This document shows, piece by piece, positions 52,700 to 64,000 of a stretch of DNA of 64,000 nucleotides. Position 1 is the stretch's first letter. Each line of letters begins with the position of its first letter. The position numbers were made by a program, and so were the translations under genes. Origin of the DNA: Octopus vulgaris (taxonomy: Eukaryota); NCBI GenBank assembly GCA_951406725.2, contig OX597839.1, positions 23,994,001-24,058,000 of the forward strand, written 5' to 3'. The notes below the pieces were generated by a model. The model was not told the DNA's origin. It was given only the letters and a program-made list of their open reading frames with translations, and ran no database searches.

Positions 52700-53223
52700 A
52701 TTTGTAACTAGAAAGGGTATGGCCTGGTCAGCCTGTAATGACATGCATAAGATCTGGTCATCAAATTTAAGTGGGGACTTCAAACTTGAAATATTCAAAG
52801 CCACAGTTGAACCAATTCTACTATATGGCTCAGAAACCTGGACGTTATCAAAGAAGCTTGAGAGGCGGTTGGATGGAACCTACACTCGCCTCCTTACGAG
52901 AGCTCAAAATCTCTCGTGGAAGCGTCATCCAACCAAAATGCAAATATATGGGAAACTACCACCTGTGTCATCTCTTGTGAAAGGTAGGAGAGTCCAGTTT
53001 GCTGGACATTGTTGTAGAGCTGAAAACGTGGCAATTTCTACTCTTCTCCTCTCGAAGCCATCTACTCGCAATACCAGAGGGCGCACACTCTCCTACCCTG
53101 ATGTAATCTCCAGGGATACAGGCATCCAGCAACAGGACCTCCGTAATGCCATGATGGACCGTGAAGTCTGGCGTAGCATAGTAAATTCCATTGTCTTGAC
53201 CACAGTCGAACAATGATGATGAT
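52700..53223 (+). mobile_element. RTE-clade LINE 3' fragment with (GAT)n tail
   Basis: KLEIFKATVEPILLYGSETW...RRVQFAGHC...AMMDREVWRSIV, followed by gatgatgat. Confidence 0.85.
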
Positions 53224-53423
53224 GTGGCCAAGTGGTTTGGGCTCATGATCATCAGCTTGGGAATTTAATTGACTGCAATACATTGTGTTCTTCAGCAAGA
53301 CCCTTTATTTTTCATTGGATCCAGTCCACTCAACTGGCAAAATTGAGTTGTACCTGTAATTCACAAGGGGACCAGCATTGTCACATTGGGGTCATGCTGA
53401 ATCTCTTTTCAGAACTGTGTTAA

Positions 53424-53938
53424 CCCTTTCGTTACTGTATTTATTTTCAGATGCTGTGTGTTTCTTTCAATTACTTTAAACACAACAAAGAATTTAGTAA
53501 AATAACTTAGCTATCATTAACCCCTTACCCAACAATTATTTTGAAAATAAATGTATTTTTTCAGACATATTTTTTATTAGTTTCAGTCAATACATGCTCT
53601 ATAACTCTTTCATCTATGTACAAAAAAAATCAAAAGGACTCATTGTCACTGCCAGACGTATAAAGTGAGCGAATATACTCGTATATGTCAAAAAAGAGCT
53701 TATAATAGACGAAGGAACCCGTTTGCTGTCGATTTTGGCGAGTTAACTCGCCGCAGATAGAAAAAAGCGATTTCGGTCAAAACACATATATTCGTTTTTG
53801 CCGGGTAAGGGTTAAGCTAGTGTTAGGAACATAAATTGTGACTAAGGTGTGGTTGAAGATTTTAATTCAAAACTTATGAAAACCAGACATTTGTATTTAG
53901 AGCCAGAGCCGGTTTCAGCCGGGTTGGTCATGAAAGGG
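53424..53938. mobile_element. piggyBac-type MITE carrying a nested piggyBac-type insertion (53521-53811)
   Basis: Outer TTAA at 53420-53423 and 53939-53942. Inner element has CCCTTACCC/GGGTAAGGG ends and TTAA at 53517-53520 and 53812-53815. Confidence 0.8.
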
Positions 53939-54192
53939 TTAAGCTAACATGTGTCTGTCGAGTGCTCACATTAATTTCATGAACAGGCTCAGATCAATTG
54001 GAACACTTGTCCTTGTAACTGATGGACTGCTCACACACACACACAAATATTTATTCTTGTCGTGTCCGAAGACAATTTGGAGCCAGTCAAAATACTATCA
54101 AAGTAACTTAGTTACAAACGAAAAACAAATTTTAAAGTAATTTAAGAAATGCTGCTAACAACAGTGTGTTTTGTATGTGTGATATTACTATG

Positions 54193-54578
54193 TGGGGGCA
54201 CAATGGCCCAGTGGTTAGGGCAGCGGACTCACGGTCATAGGATCGCGGTTTCGATTCCCAGACCGGGCGTTGTGAGTGTTTATTGAGCGAAGCACCTAAA
54301 AAGCTCCACGAGGCTCCGGCAGGGGATGGTGGTGATCCCTGCTGTACTCTTTCACCACAACTTTCTCTCACTCTTACTCCCTGTTTCTGTTGTACCTGTA
54401 TTTCAAGGGGCTGGCCTTGTCACTCTCTGTGTCACGCTGAATATCCCTGAGAACTACGTTAAGGGTACACGTGTCTGTGGGGTGCTCAGCCACTTACATG
54501 TTAATTTCACGAGCAGGCTGTTCCGTTGATTCGGATCAACCGGAACCCTCGTCGTCGTAACCGACGGAGTGCTTCCAC
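54193..54578 (+). mobile_element. tRNA-derived SINE family B, full length
   Basis: A/B boxes present; near-identical to 60622-60969. Confidence 0.85.
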
Positions 54579-55009
54579 ATTACTATGTGCAGCTATGTTG
54601 CACGTGCACTGTTGCAAGCAGTAGTTATGCATTGTACAAGTGCATCCATGAAATGCTATTTCAGCCCCAGCATTTTGGACATCCATTTTTAAATGCAACA
54701 TATCTTTGTCTCCCCTGTACTTCTTCAATCCTTCAAACCAGCCATATATCAAGTGCAAATATTCTGTTTTTATGTTCAATCCAGCCAAAATTGGCCTCTC
54801 ACACCTACCCTACAATGTCATTCTAAAAATAATCAGTGACATCATTGAAATCTCTCAAAGTTACGAGATAATCTATGATTAATTCAAAACGTGATTAAAT
54901 AAGAATTACATTTGGCAGAGGAGTCTGAATGCTAAACGGTTAAGCTGCTTCTGGCCATGCTGGATCATCACCAGTGTTCAGCAGTTAAAAGAACCAGTGC
55001 GACTTTTGA

Positions 55010-55266
55010 AACATTGCTAATACGTGAATCATCATCATCATCGTTTAACGTCCTCCTAATGCCAACCACACCGCGAGTGTAGTGGGTGCTTTTTACGTGC
55101 CACCTGCACAGGTGCCAGGTGAGGCTGGCAACGGCCACAGTCGGATTGGTGTATTTTATGTGCCACCGGCACGGAAGCCAGTCGAGGCGGCACTGGCATC
55201 GGCCACGAGTCGGATAGTGCTTTTTACGTACCACCAGACCAGGGATCCTGGCTGGTTCAATTCGAT
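55010..55266 (-). mobile_element. Repeat family D copy
   Basis: Inverted near-identical partner at 63415-63627. Confidence 0.75.
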
Positions 55267-55555
55267 CAGTAGGAAAATTTATTGAGGTAAGACAGAACTA
55301 AGAATGCTCAGAATCCATCCATCAATTGGTGGGGTTTCGCTAGATTAATAAACGAAGGTCTGAAACAAATGCCGCTTGGAACCGAAATAAGTTTGTATCA
55401 GGTTTATTGAGACGACTAACATGTGGGAAGAAAACCTGATGAATGTAGCCATCATGGTTGAGTATTTCTAGTTAGGTTATAAAAGGAAATGAAGTATTAA
55501 ATACATGAATATAGTGAAGAAGAAGAAGAGGAGGCATGCATGCATGGACACTTAC

Positions 55556-55712
55556 AGGCTGAACTTTCTCTTCCTTGATAGTAGCAGATGCTTGTAGGAC
55601 CTTCTTTTCTCTTTCTTCACGTTTCTTGGCTAAATCCGAGTGCGGTTGAGGTTTAAAAACTAAATCACAGCGCGAACAAGAATTGATTCCTCTATTCAAC
55701 AGTTTAATAAAT
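55556..55712 (-). CDS. RERE: Atrophin/RERE (Grunge) internal coding exon, first one visible in the window
   Basis: Acceptor tttcccAG, donor GTaagt. Encodes FIKLLNRGINSCSRCDLVFKPQPHSDLAKKREEREKK..., which matches the atrophin F..H.DRGYNSCARTDL.F.P...SKLAKKREE motif. Phase 2 in, phase 0 out. Confidence 0.93.
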
Positions 55713-55890
55713 CTGGGAAACAGAAAACGAAACAAATGCATGAAAGACTGAGGCAGTTGGATATAATGTTAAACAAGGTTCGAAATGTACAAAAAACAAA
55801 GGAAAAAAAACCCACCCCAGAAGATAGAGACAGGTGAGGCAACAACAAACAAAGGGTATTAGTTTGACACTCAGGAAAAAATGGAAAAGT

Positions 55891-55926
55891 CTTTGACGTT
55901 TCAAGGTGATGCTCCTCTTCAGAAAG
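55891..55926 (-). ncRNA. Minimal type I hammerhead ribozyme-like motif (Penelope-like element end)
   Basis: Minus strand reads cttt-CTGAAGA-ggagcatcacctt-GAAA-CG-TC-aaag: both core boxes, 4-bp stem I, weak stem II, palindromic minimal stem III. Confidence 0.6.
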
Positions 55927-56416
55927 GAATGGGGAGAGGAAAAAAAAAAACGTTTGGATCAAGTTATAATCACCCACAAGGTGGCAAGCAGAAAGACTGA
56001 ACCCAGAAACATGCGGTTGAGAAAAAAAACTTACAATCTATACAATGTTATAATGCAGAACCTTTTAGCATTTAAACTGACCATATCCGGCCAAAATATT
56101 CTGTTTCTTGTATGTTAAAACTGGACAGATCCAACATCTCACACCTACCCTACAATGTCCCTCCCTTTCACTGGGAGTGTGTGTGTGTGTGTGACTAAAT
56201 ACTAATGCAACTTGATGTGACAGATCAAAACTGCAAAACTGGGAACCCACACATTCCAAGATCTTACCAAGAATACAACTAGACAAAATGGAATTATTTA
56301 ACCAAAAGGAAGTTGGACACCAAAATGATTAAGGGTGTGGTGCTGAGGAGGGCAGGGGCCTTGTTAGAAGTGAAGGAGTGAGGGAGGTCATGAGTGGAAG
56401 GACAACAAACATAGGC

Positions 56417-56501
56417 CTGCTTTGCATGGGCACTGCTTTGCATGGGCACTGCTTTGCATGGGCACTGCTTTGCATGGGCACTGCTTTGCATGGGCACTGC
56501 T
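56417..56501. repeat. Perfect 16-bp minisatellite (CTGCTTTGCATGGGCA)x5
   Basis: Five identical tandem units plus a partial unit. Confidence 0.95.
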
Positions 56502-59500
56502 GATCAAGATGGACACAGCAGCTGCATCAGTTGAGGAAATTTGCTGTTAGGTTCTGGACAGAGGTTAGGTGGGTAAGGCTCTTACGGATGCATCCTGGCT
56601 GGAAAGGACCCACATGGTAGGTGACTTAAGCCTTTTTCCCTCCACCACATACCACAAAGATTATGAATAGCAACAATATCTACACCACATCAACATCATT
56701 TAATGCCCACTCTCTAAGCTTGCATTGGCAAAAGGGAAGTCTATTGGGAATCCACTCACAAGACTTTGGTTGGCCTGGGGTTATAGTAAAAGACTCATGC
56801 TCATGCTGCAATGAAGTGGGACTGAAGCTGAGATCAGAAAACAAAAAGAAACATGCATTCCTCACGATGGCTGTGGTTAATTCATATCTCAACCCCCTTG
56901 GCCTCAGATCTGGTCTTGCAGTGCCAAGTATATACAGCCCTGGGCAAAACCAATGCTCTGTGAAAGAACTTGGAAGAGGGGACACAAAGAAGCCTATTGT
57001 ATATGCGAGGCAGGGGGTTTTAAAAGTTGTAATTGCCAAGACTGGCTTTGGGTTTTTGTAGAGATAACTGATCGAATATCTCTGCCAACACAGCCGAGAC
57101 ACAATGCTGACTTCTAAGTCTTTAATATAGTTAGGAGAATATCCTAAGAGAATAAAGATTCCCTTCAGTCATGAATGACCATGGGATTACACCTAGAAAG
57201 TTCCCCTCTGAGGTACAAGTCCGCAAAAGGTTGTTTATGGAAGACCAGCAGTCCCGTGCATACCAGCGTTCCTTCTCCACGCCACCGATGTTATCCAAGG
57301 GAAAGGCAAAGGGGCTGATACAGCTTGGTACCAGTGATGTTGGAATTTATTTCCACATCTGAGTGAACTGGAGTAATGTGAAATAAAGTGTCTTGCTCAA
57401 GAAAACAACACACAGCCTGGCCCGGGAATTGAACTCACTACCTCATGATTGTGAGCCTGACACTCTAACCACTGAGCCATGTGGCTTATATTATGGTTGC
57501 ATAACAAAATGTTGTCCTGACCACAATTAATATGTAAGCTAGGCTTGCAAACAGTGGAAACCAGTGATATTCATTGATATTTCCTGTCAATGATAAAACA
57601 TCTGCTAGCTCTGAGCTTTCCACATTCTTCTAGAATGAAGAAAAAAACAACAAAAACCCTCATTTGGAAGACAGTTAAGGGTTGGGAACAGGAAAAACAT
57701 CCAGTTGTAAAAATCCTGCCTCAAATATCTCCCCTTCTAACCCATGCCAGCAGGGAAAAAAAACAGATGAACATTAAAGGAAAAAAATAGAAGCTACTTA
57801 AGAAAAGTTGGTTTGTCAAGGGTGGGTGATGGCTATGGTTGACTGATTTAACTTAAACGGGTGATTAGTATTTAATTTAAAGAAGCTGAGGAGGAGGAGG
57901 AAGAGGAAAAGGGGAAGAAGGCTCAGTCCTTTCCTTTCAAATCAATGTCTGGCACTTTTACTGTCACAACAGCAACAATTGAGATACAAAAGAAATATTT
58001 ACTGCTTGGACAAAGGGATCAGCCCCTTTCCCATTTCTTACCATTATCCCCCACTCCCTCCATACAATCTTGTTATTTTATTACCTGGAGCAGTGGTTCT
58101 CAACCAACCCTTATTTTTTCTTTATACATATGGAACCCCTTCGATTGCTATTTTATTCATATCGGCCCCTCATTGCCCTTCAATGTTTTTAGGAAATGTA
58201 TCAAGAAAAACTGTTAAAATATTATGATCACATGACGGACCTGACTATCGGATGCTGTTACACGTCGCTGGTCACAATGCGCTTTTGCATTGTTTTAGAT
58301 TTCGAATGATACCACCCTGCTGGCCAGGCAAGCAGGTCAACAATCCCCCCTGATTGAAGAGGGACTGGAACAATATGAAATTAAGTGTTTTGCTCAAGAA
58401 CACAATGTGTCACCCAATCTGGGAATCGAACCTGTGATCCAGCGATCGTGAGTGCAACAGCCTAACAACTCGGCCAACCGAGTCGACCAATCATTTAAAC
58501 TTTCAGAAGTGGAAGCCATTTATTGGAGATGAATTTTAACAACAAAAGCTGACGTGGAGCCTTGAAAGCCAAATGGACCCTAGTTGAGGACCACGGATTT
58601 ACACTCTAATCAATCATCCCCTAGCATAAAGCTACCTCCCTGTTTACCGTATTCCCACTTGATGATAAAACATATGCTAGCTCTGAGCTTTCCACATTCC
58701 TCTAGAATGAAGAAAAAAAGTTTTTTTAATTTTTAAAAATCCCTCATTTCAAAGAAATTATGGTTGGTGACCGGAAAAGAATCCAGCTGTAAAAATCTTG
58801 CCTCAAATGCCCCCCACCCCCATGCGACCATAAAAGGAAAACAATGGACGCTATTTAAGAAAGTTGGTTTGTCAAGTACTTCATCTTTACCGGATGGGGA
58901 CACAAATGATGGGGATCTTAGTCTTGGTCTTATGAACTGCAAAGCAACCTCACTAGTACTGCAACTGGTACCATGAAAAGTACCCTGCAGTATGCACTGA
59001 GAAGTGGTTGGCCTTGTGAGAGGTGTCTAGTCCGAGAAACCATGCCAAAGCAGACACTGAAGCATGCTGCGGTCCTCCACCTCACTAAATCCTGTCAAAT
59101 CATCCAACCCTTGCCAGCATGAAAGACGTTAAGAGATGATGAGGATGATAGCATTTTGTTTTGTTACCATAGCACCCACTACACTCACGGAGTGGTTGGC
59201 GTTAGGAAGGGCATCCAGCTGTAGAAACATTGCCAGATAAGACTGGAGTCTGGTGCAGCCTTCTGGCTTCCCAGATCCCTGGTCGAACCGTCCAATCCAT
59301 GCAAGCATGGAGAACGGACGTTAAACGATGATGATGATTCCTGCTGAAATACACTACCTTTGTTTCAATTGTTTTTAAAACAATTAACAACTTGGTAAAA
59401 TAATTGTCACAATTATTAATCAGGTGTTTAGAAGATGAATGAATAGGAAATTTTGATGCAAATTTTTGATTTGAAACCATTATTAACCCAATTGATACCA

Positions 59501-59870
59501 ACCTGGCTGAAACCACCTTTGGCTCTCTAGTATCAATGTCTTGTTTTCAAAAGTTCTGAATTAAAATCTTCCACCAAACCTTAATCATAATTTAGGTTCC
59601 TAACACTTGCTTATTGATAACTAAGTAATTTTACTAAATTATTTGTTATCATCATCATCATCGTTTAACGTCCGCTTTCCATGCTAGCATGGGTTGGACT
59701 ATTTAAAATTAATTGAAAGAAACACAGAGCATCTCAAGAGAAATATGGTAACAAAAGGGTTAAAATAGGAACTTTGCATCATGAAAGCAAGGGCAGTTAT
59801 AGGAGGGTTGTATGGAAATGGTTAAACAAAAGCCTGACCCCAAAAATCTTCATTTAACCAACTGTCTTAA

Positions 59871-60075
59871 CCCTTTAGCATTCTGTCAAATGTAATGCTC
59901 TTTCATTCACATTGTTTTTAATAAACCATGCATTATTTTGTAGCTTTGACATTTCAACGATGTGATTGCTTATTTTTAGAGTGACATTGTAGGGCAGGTG
60001 TAAGAAGCTGGATCTGGACTGTCTGAACAGGTAGACTATTTGGGCTGGATATGGCCAGTTTAAATGCTAAAAGGG
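59871..60075. mobile_element. Second piggyBac-type MITE family (CCCTTTAGCATT termini)
   Basis: ttaa-CCCTTTAGCATT...AATGCTAAAAGGG-ttaa. Related copies near 4030-4250, 27140-27560, 44150-44350, 54750-54942, 61210-61340 and 62410-62630. Confidence 0.65.
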
Positions 60076-60621
60076 TTAAGGGATCACATGCACTTAATTC
60101 TTGCTATCAGAGGTGTTTGCATAAACAATATCTAATCAAACTCATTCAGTTAGGAACCATCAGAGTTGACCCAATCATTTAAATGACTGGGTCGAATCAG
60201 ATGGTTCCTAACTTTTTTTCCTGTTGAGAAATTTATTATAAGAAATATTTATAAGATTTAAAGAAATAATGACCAGCTTCCTCTATATGAAGAAAGATAA
60301 TGCCCCCTCCCCCTCTGCTTGATTGAACTTCACACTCACAACTCTCTGCCATCATACAAGCACACAAAATTAATCAACAACCTTAAAATAGTGATTAAAC
60401 CCTAAGGGTCAGAAGGCAGTAATTGGTTTAAAAAACACGTCATATTGGGCACTTTCAGTCATCATTTATCCTCCCTCTTTTCTATTCTGGTATGAACTGG
60501 ACAGTTTTGGCATAATTTCTATGGCTGGACACCCTTCTTAACGCCAACCATTCTGTAAAGTGTTTTCATATTTGGACAGGTACTTGGTGCTTATGTGACA
60601 CAGGTCTGAGTACTTTTTACA

Positions 60622-60969
60622 TGGAGGCGCAATGGCCCAGTGGTTAGGGCAGCGGACTCGCGTTGTGAGTGTTTATTGAGCGAAAACACCTAAAGCTCCA
60701 CGCAGCTCCGGCAGAGGATGGTGGTGATCCCTGCTGTACTCTTTCACCACAACTTTCCCTCACTCTTACTTCCTGTTTCTGTTGTACCTGTATTTCAAAG
60801 GGCCGGCCTTGTCACTCTCTGTGTCACGCTGAATATCTCCGAGAACTACGTTAAGGGTACACGTGTCTGTGGAGTGCTCAGCCACTTACACGTTAATTTT
60901 ACGAGCAGGCTGTTCCGTTGATTCGGATCAACCGGAACCCTCGTCGTCGTAACCGACGGAGTGCTTCCA
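60622..60969 (+). mobile_element. tRNA-derived SINE family B with the B-box region deleted
   Basis: Matches 54193-54578 apart from a deletion in the head. Confidence 0.85.
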
Positions 60970-61384
60970 CTTTTTACATGGCACTTAGCACCTCTTGGCC
61001 GAGAGGAGTAGGAGTTGGGGCCCAAAGCTGTAGTCTGCTCAATAAAACTGACACAAGACAGACAGACAGACAGTTTATTTGTTGTGAGGGAGAAAGAAAT
61101 GAAAGCATTGTAACTTGCCCTTCACCCAACAATGAAAGCGGGATTAAAAAGATGTGGCAGTAGATTTGGCCTGGACATAGGCAAATATCAAAGTAATGAG
61201 AATGTAAAGTGGCCAGTTCCAGCCTCTTACAATCACATCATCGAAATCTCAAAGCTACGAGATAATGCAGGATTAATTCAAAACAATACGAATAAATAAG
61301 GATTAGATTTGACAGAAGAATCTGAATGCTGAAGGGTTAAACTACAAACTCAACAAGCATTATACAAACAGCTGAATAAGAACT

Positions 61385-61780
61385 CTACTCTTTTACTTGT
61401 TTCAGTCATTTGACTGCGGCCATGCTGGAGCACCGCCTTTAATTGAGCAACTCAACCCCGGGACTTATTCTTTTTGTAAGCCGAGTACTTATTCTATCGG
61501 TCTCTTTTGCCGAACCGCTAAGTGACGGGGACGTAAACACACCAGCATCGGTTGTCAAGCAATGCTAGGGGGACAAACACAGACACATATATATATATAT
61601 ATATATATACATATATACGACGGGCCTCTTTTCAGTTTCCGTCTACCAAATCCACTCACAAGGCTTTGGTCGGCCCGAGGCTATAGCAGAAGACACTTGC
61701 CCAAGATGCCACGCAGTGGGGCTGAACCCAGAACCATGTGGTTGGTTAGCAAGCTACTTACCACACAGCCACTCCTGCGC
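61385..61780 (-). mobile_element. SINE family A copy (young)
   Basis: Matches family A. Confidence 0.85.
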
Positions 61781-63409
61781 GATATGAATAAGAACTTTAT
61801 CTCTAATAATTATCTTTCCTGGAAAGAGCTTTCAATCATAATTTCACTCTGCGTTGTCTAAACTTGAATGTTATCAGGTAATGTTATCAGTTAGAGTTAA
61901 GAAAACCCTGTACCCACTCCCCAGATCCCATCCAGTTTGAACTTATAAATCTGAATGCAGACAAAAGCAAAAAAGTAATTGAAAAACTAAAAAGCTTTCT
62001 TGCTGTGTCATTTGATTCCTATTGAAGATAACGTACGTGTAACTCCCTCAGTGAGGGTTGTGGAGCAGCAAGGTGGATGTGAAGTGGGACATATTGATCA
62101 TTTGGCGTGTAATCTTTATTCAGCACAATTACAGGACATAGTCCGGCTGGAAGAGCCTCTTCAATCAATGGTCAGTCTAGGGTCAACTGATCCAATTACT
62201 GGATTACTGCTGATAGAACTAGCGACACATCAACTCACTTTAGCCACTTGAAAAACACTATGGAGGTCTGGAACCTCATAGTGTCACCAATTGTAGTTGG
62301 ATGACTAGGATGACTAGTAGTCATCCAACTTCAGTTGGTGACTCACTGAAACCATCAAATGAAAATATAGATTAGTTTTATAAATCCTATTTCAGGTGGT
62401 TCCATTAATCTTTCAGTATTTACACCGGTTGACCATATCCGGCCCAAATATTTTATCTGCTCTATGTTCAACAAACTGACTAGATTCGGCCCCTCACACC
62501 TGAACAACAATGCCAGTCCAAGAAATAAATAATCACATCACTGAAATCTCAAAACTAACGAGATAACGCATAATTAATTCATAGCAATGTCAATAAATGC
62601 CTAAAATAATCTGAATTTTCAAGGGGTTAAGTTAGAGATGGCCTGGAGCACAATTTTAGCTGAAACATATCTAAGTTTGCCTAAGTTTCTCAAACAGAAT
62701 GACAGCCTTGTGAAAGGAGTTCTACACCATGTCGTACTCTTTCTTCAGCTCCAGCAGACAAATACCAAATTACTGAAAATAGGACACAGCAAACAATAGA
62801 CTGAATGTGAATGGAGCTCTAGGTTTTTACGCCAGAATTTACATACAAGAACAGTTAATTATCATAGCTATTATCATTGTTATTAGCTCTCAGTGATAAC
62901 TAATCTGAAAATAAACATTTCAGTAACCACTTCAAAGTATCAGAGAGAAACTACAACAGAAAACAGGTTAGAGGAGGCGGGGGAGAGAGCTGAGTGTCAC
63001 TCTTTTCAATAGATGGTGTGTGTGTACTTGTGGGTGTGTTAATACTTTTATACTGATTGGACTCTGTGTGTGTGTACACAAGCATAAATGTGAAAGAAAC
63101 TTGAAAAAAGGAAAACTACAGCTCAATCACAACTAAAAGCAACAGGCTGGAGGACATAGAGTGAGGTGTAGTCTTAACAAAAGCCCTGGTGTTGTGGCGA
63201 TATGTAATTTGTTTAACTAATTCCCATATAATTAGGTCATGAGAAAGAGCAGGAAAAAGGCCAACTGGTTAATGACAGAGCTTTTAAGAACAAACTCACC
63301 TCTTCACGAGAGAAAGAGAGAGAGTTATTTATAGACACCTATGGAATTCTGGTGCAATAAGAAAATGGCCTGAAAGTATTTGTTGCTGACAGAATTATTC
63401 ATTAACGAA

Positions 63410-63745
63410 TCGAAATCGAATTGAACCAGCCAGGATCCCTGGTCTGGTGGTATGTAAAAAGCACTATCCGACTCGTGGCCGATGCCAGCGCCGCCTCGAC
63501 TGGCTTCCATGCCGGTGGCACATAAAATACACCAATCTGACCGTGGCCGTTGCCAGCCTCGCCTGGCACCTGTGCAGGTGGCACGTAAAAAGCACCCACT
63601 ACACTCACGGAGTGGTTGGCGTTAGGAAGGGCATCCAGCTGTAGAAACATTGCCAGATAAGACTGGGCCTGGCGCAGCCTTCTGGCTTCCCAGAACCCCG
63701 GTCGAACTGTCCAACCCATACTAGCATGGAGAACGGACGTTAAGA
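63410..63745 (+). mobile_element. Repeat family D copy
   Basis: Reverse complement of 55055-55266 plus the 3' portion of the family. Confidence 0.75.
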
Positions 63746-64000
63746 GAGAAGAGAATCCAGATTTTGGCAATCCTTTGATACCAGTTGAAGGTGTCGTTCA
63801 CCCACACAATTTTCTTCCCTCAAGATGTAGATAAAGAGGCTGGGCTGAGAAAGGGGGTGAATGATCTTGTCTCCTCATACTGACACTCCGGAGACCAATA
63901 CCGAAAGAATGCCCAGATCTCTTACAACCAGGAACAAGAGTTTTATATTTCTTTATTTATATATTATTTATTAGGGGGAGGAATGAATTCCTATTCAGTT

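Noticed and set aside
62920-62965. Good acceptor ctgttttctgttgtAG suggesting a microexon
   Set aside because: The donor is weak and the phase-compatible readings give stops.

Overview
AT-rich, microsatellite- and repeat-dense eukaryotic genomic DNA. The SINE families and (TA)n/(CA)n density point to a coleoid cephalopod, most likely Octopus (inference). The one host gene is the 3' part of Atrophin/RERE (Grunge) on the minus strand. Eight GT-AG exons between 55712 and 24247 join with consistent phases into about 454 C-terminal residues, including the NSCSRCDL, DTPALRQLSEYARPH, RE-repeat and His-rich motifs. An apparently transposon-free 3' UTR of about 6.7 kb follows and ends at an AATAAA near 17550; the upstream exons lie beyond the window. 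The rest is tRNA-derived SINEs, LINE 3' fragments (CR1, RTE, Tx1-like, R4/Dong-like), MITEs (piggyBac-, hAT-, Merlin-, mariner-type) and Penelope-like ends. The most interesting signals are: (1) minimal hammerhead-ribozyme cores, one with an intact core on the sense strand of the Atrophin pre-mRNA and one inside a small foldback element; (2) a duplicated candidate alternative terminal exon whose second copy has AA in place of the acceptor AG; (3) further alternative 3' ends and in-frame tandem donors; (4) inverted repeat pairs bracketing exons, which are candidate ADAR/circRNA substrates. All coordinates were read by eye and repeat boundaries are approximate.
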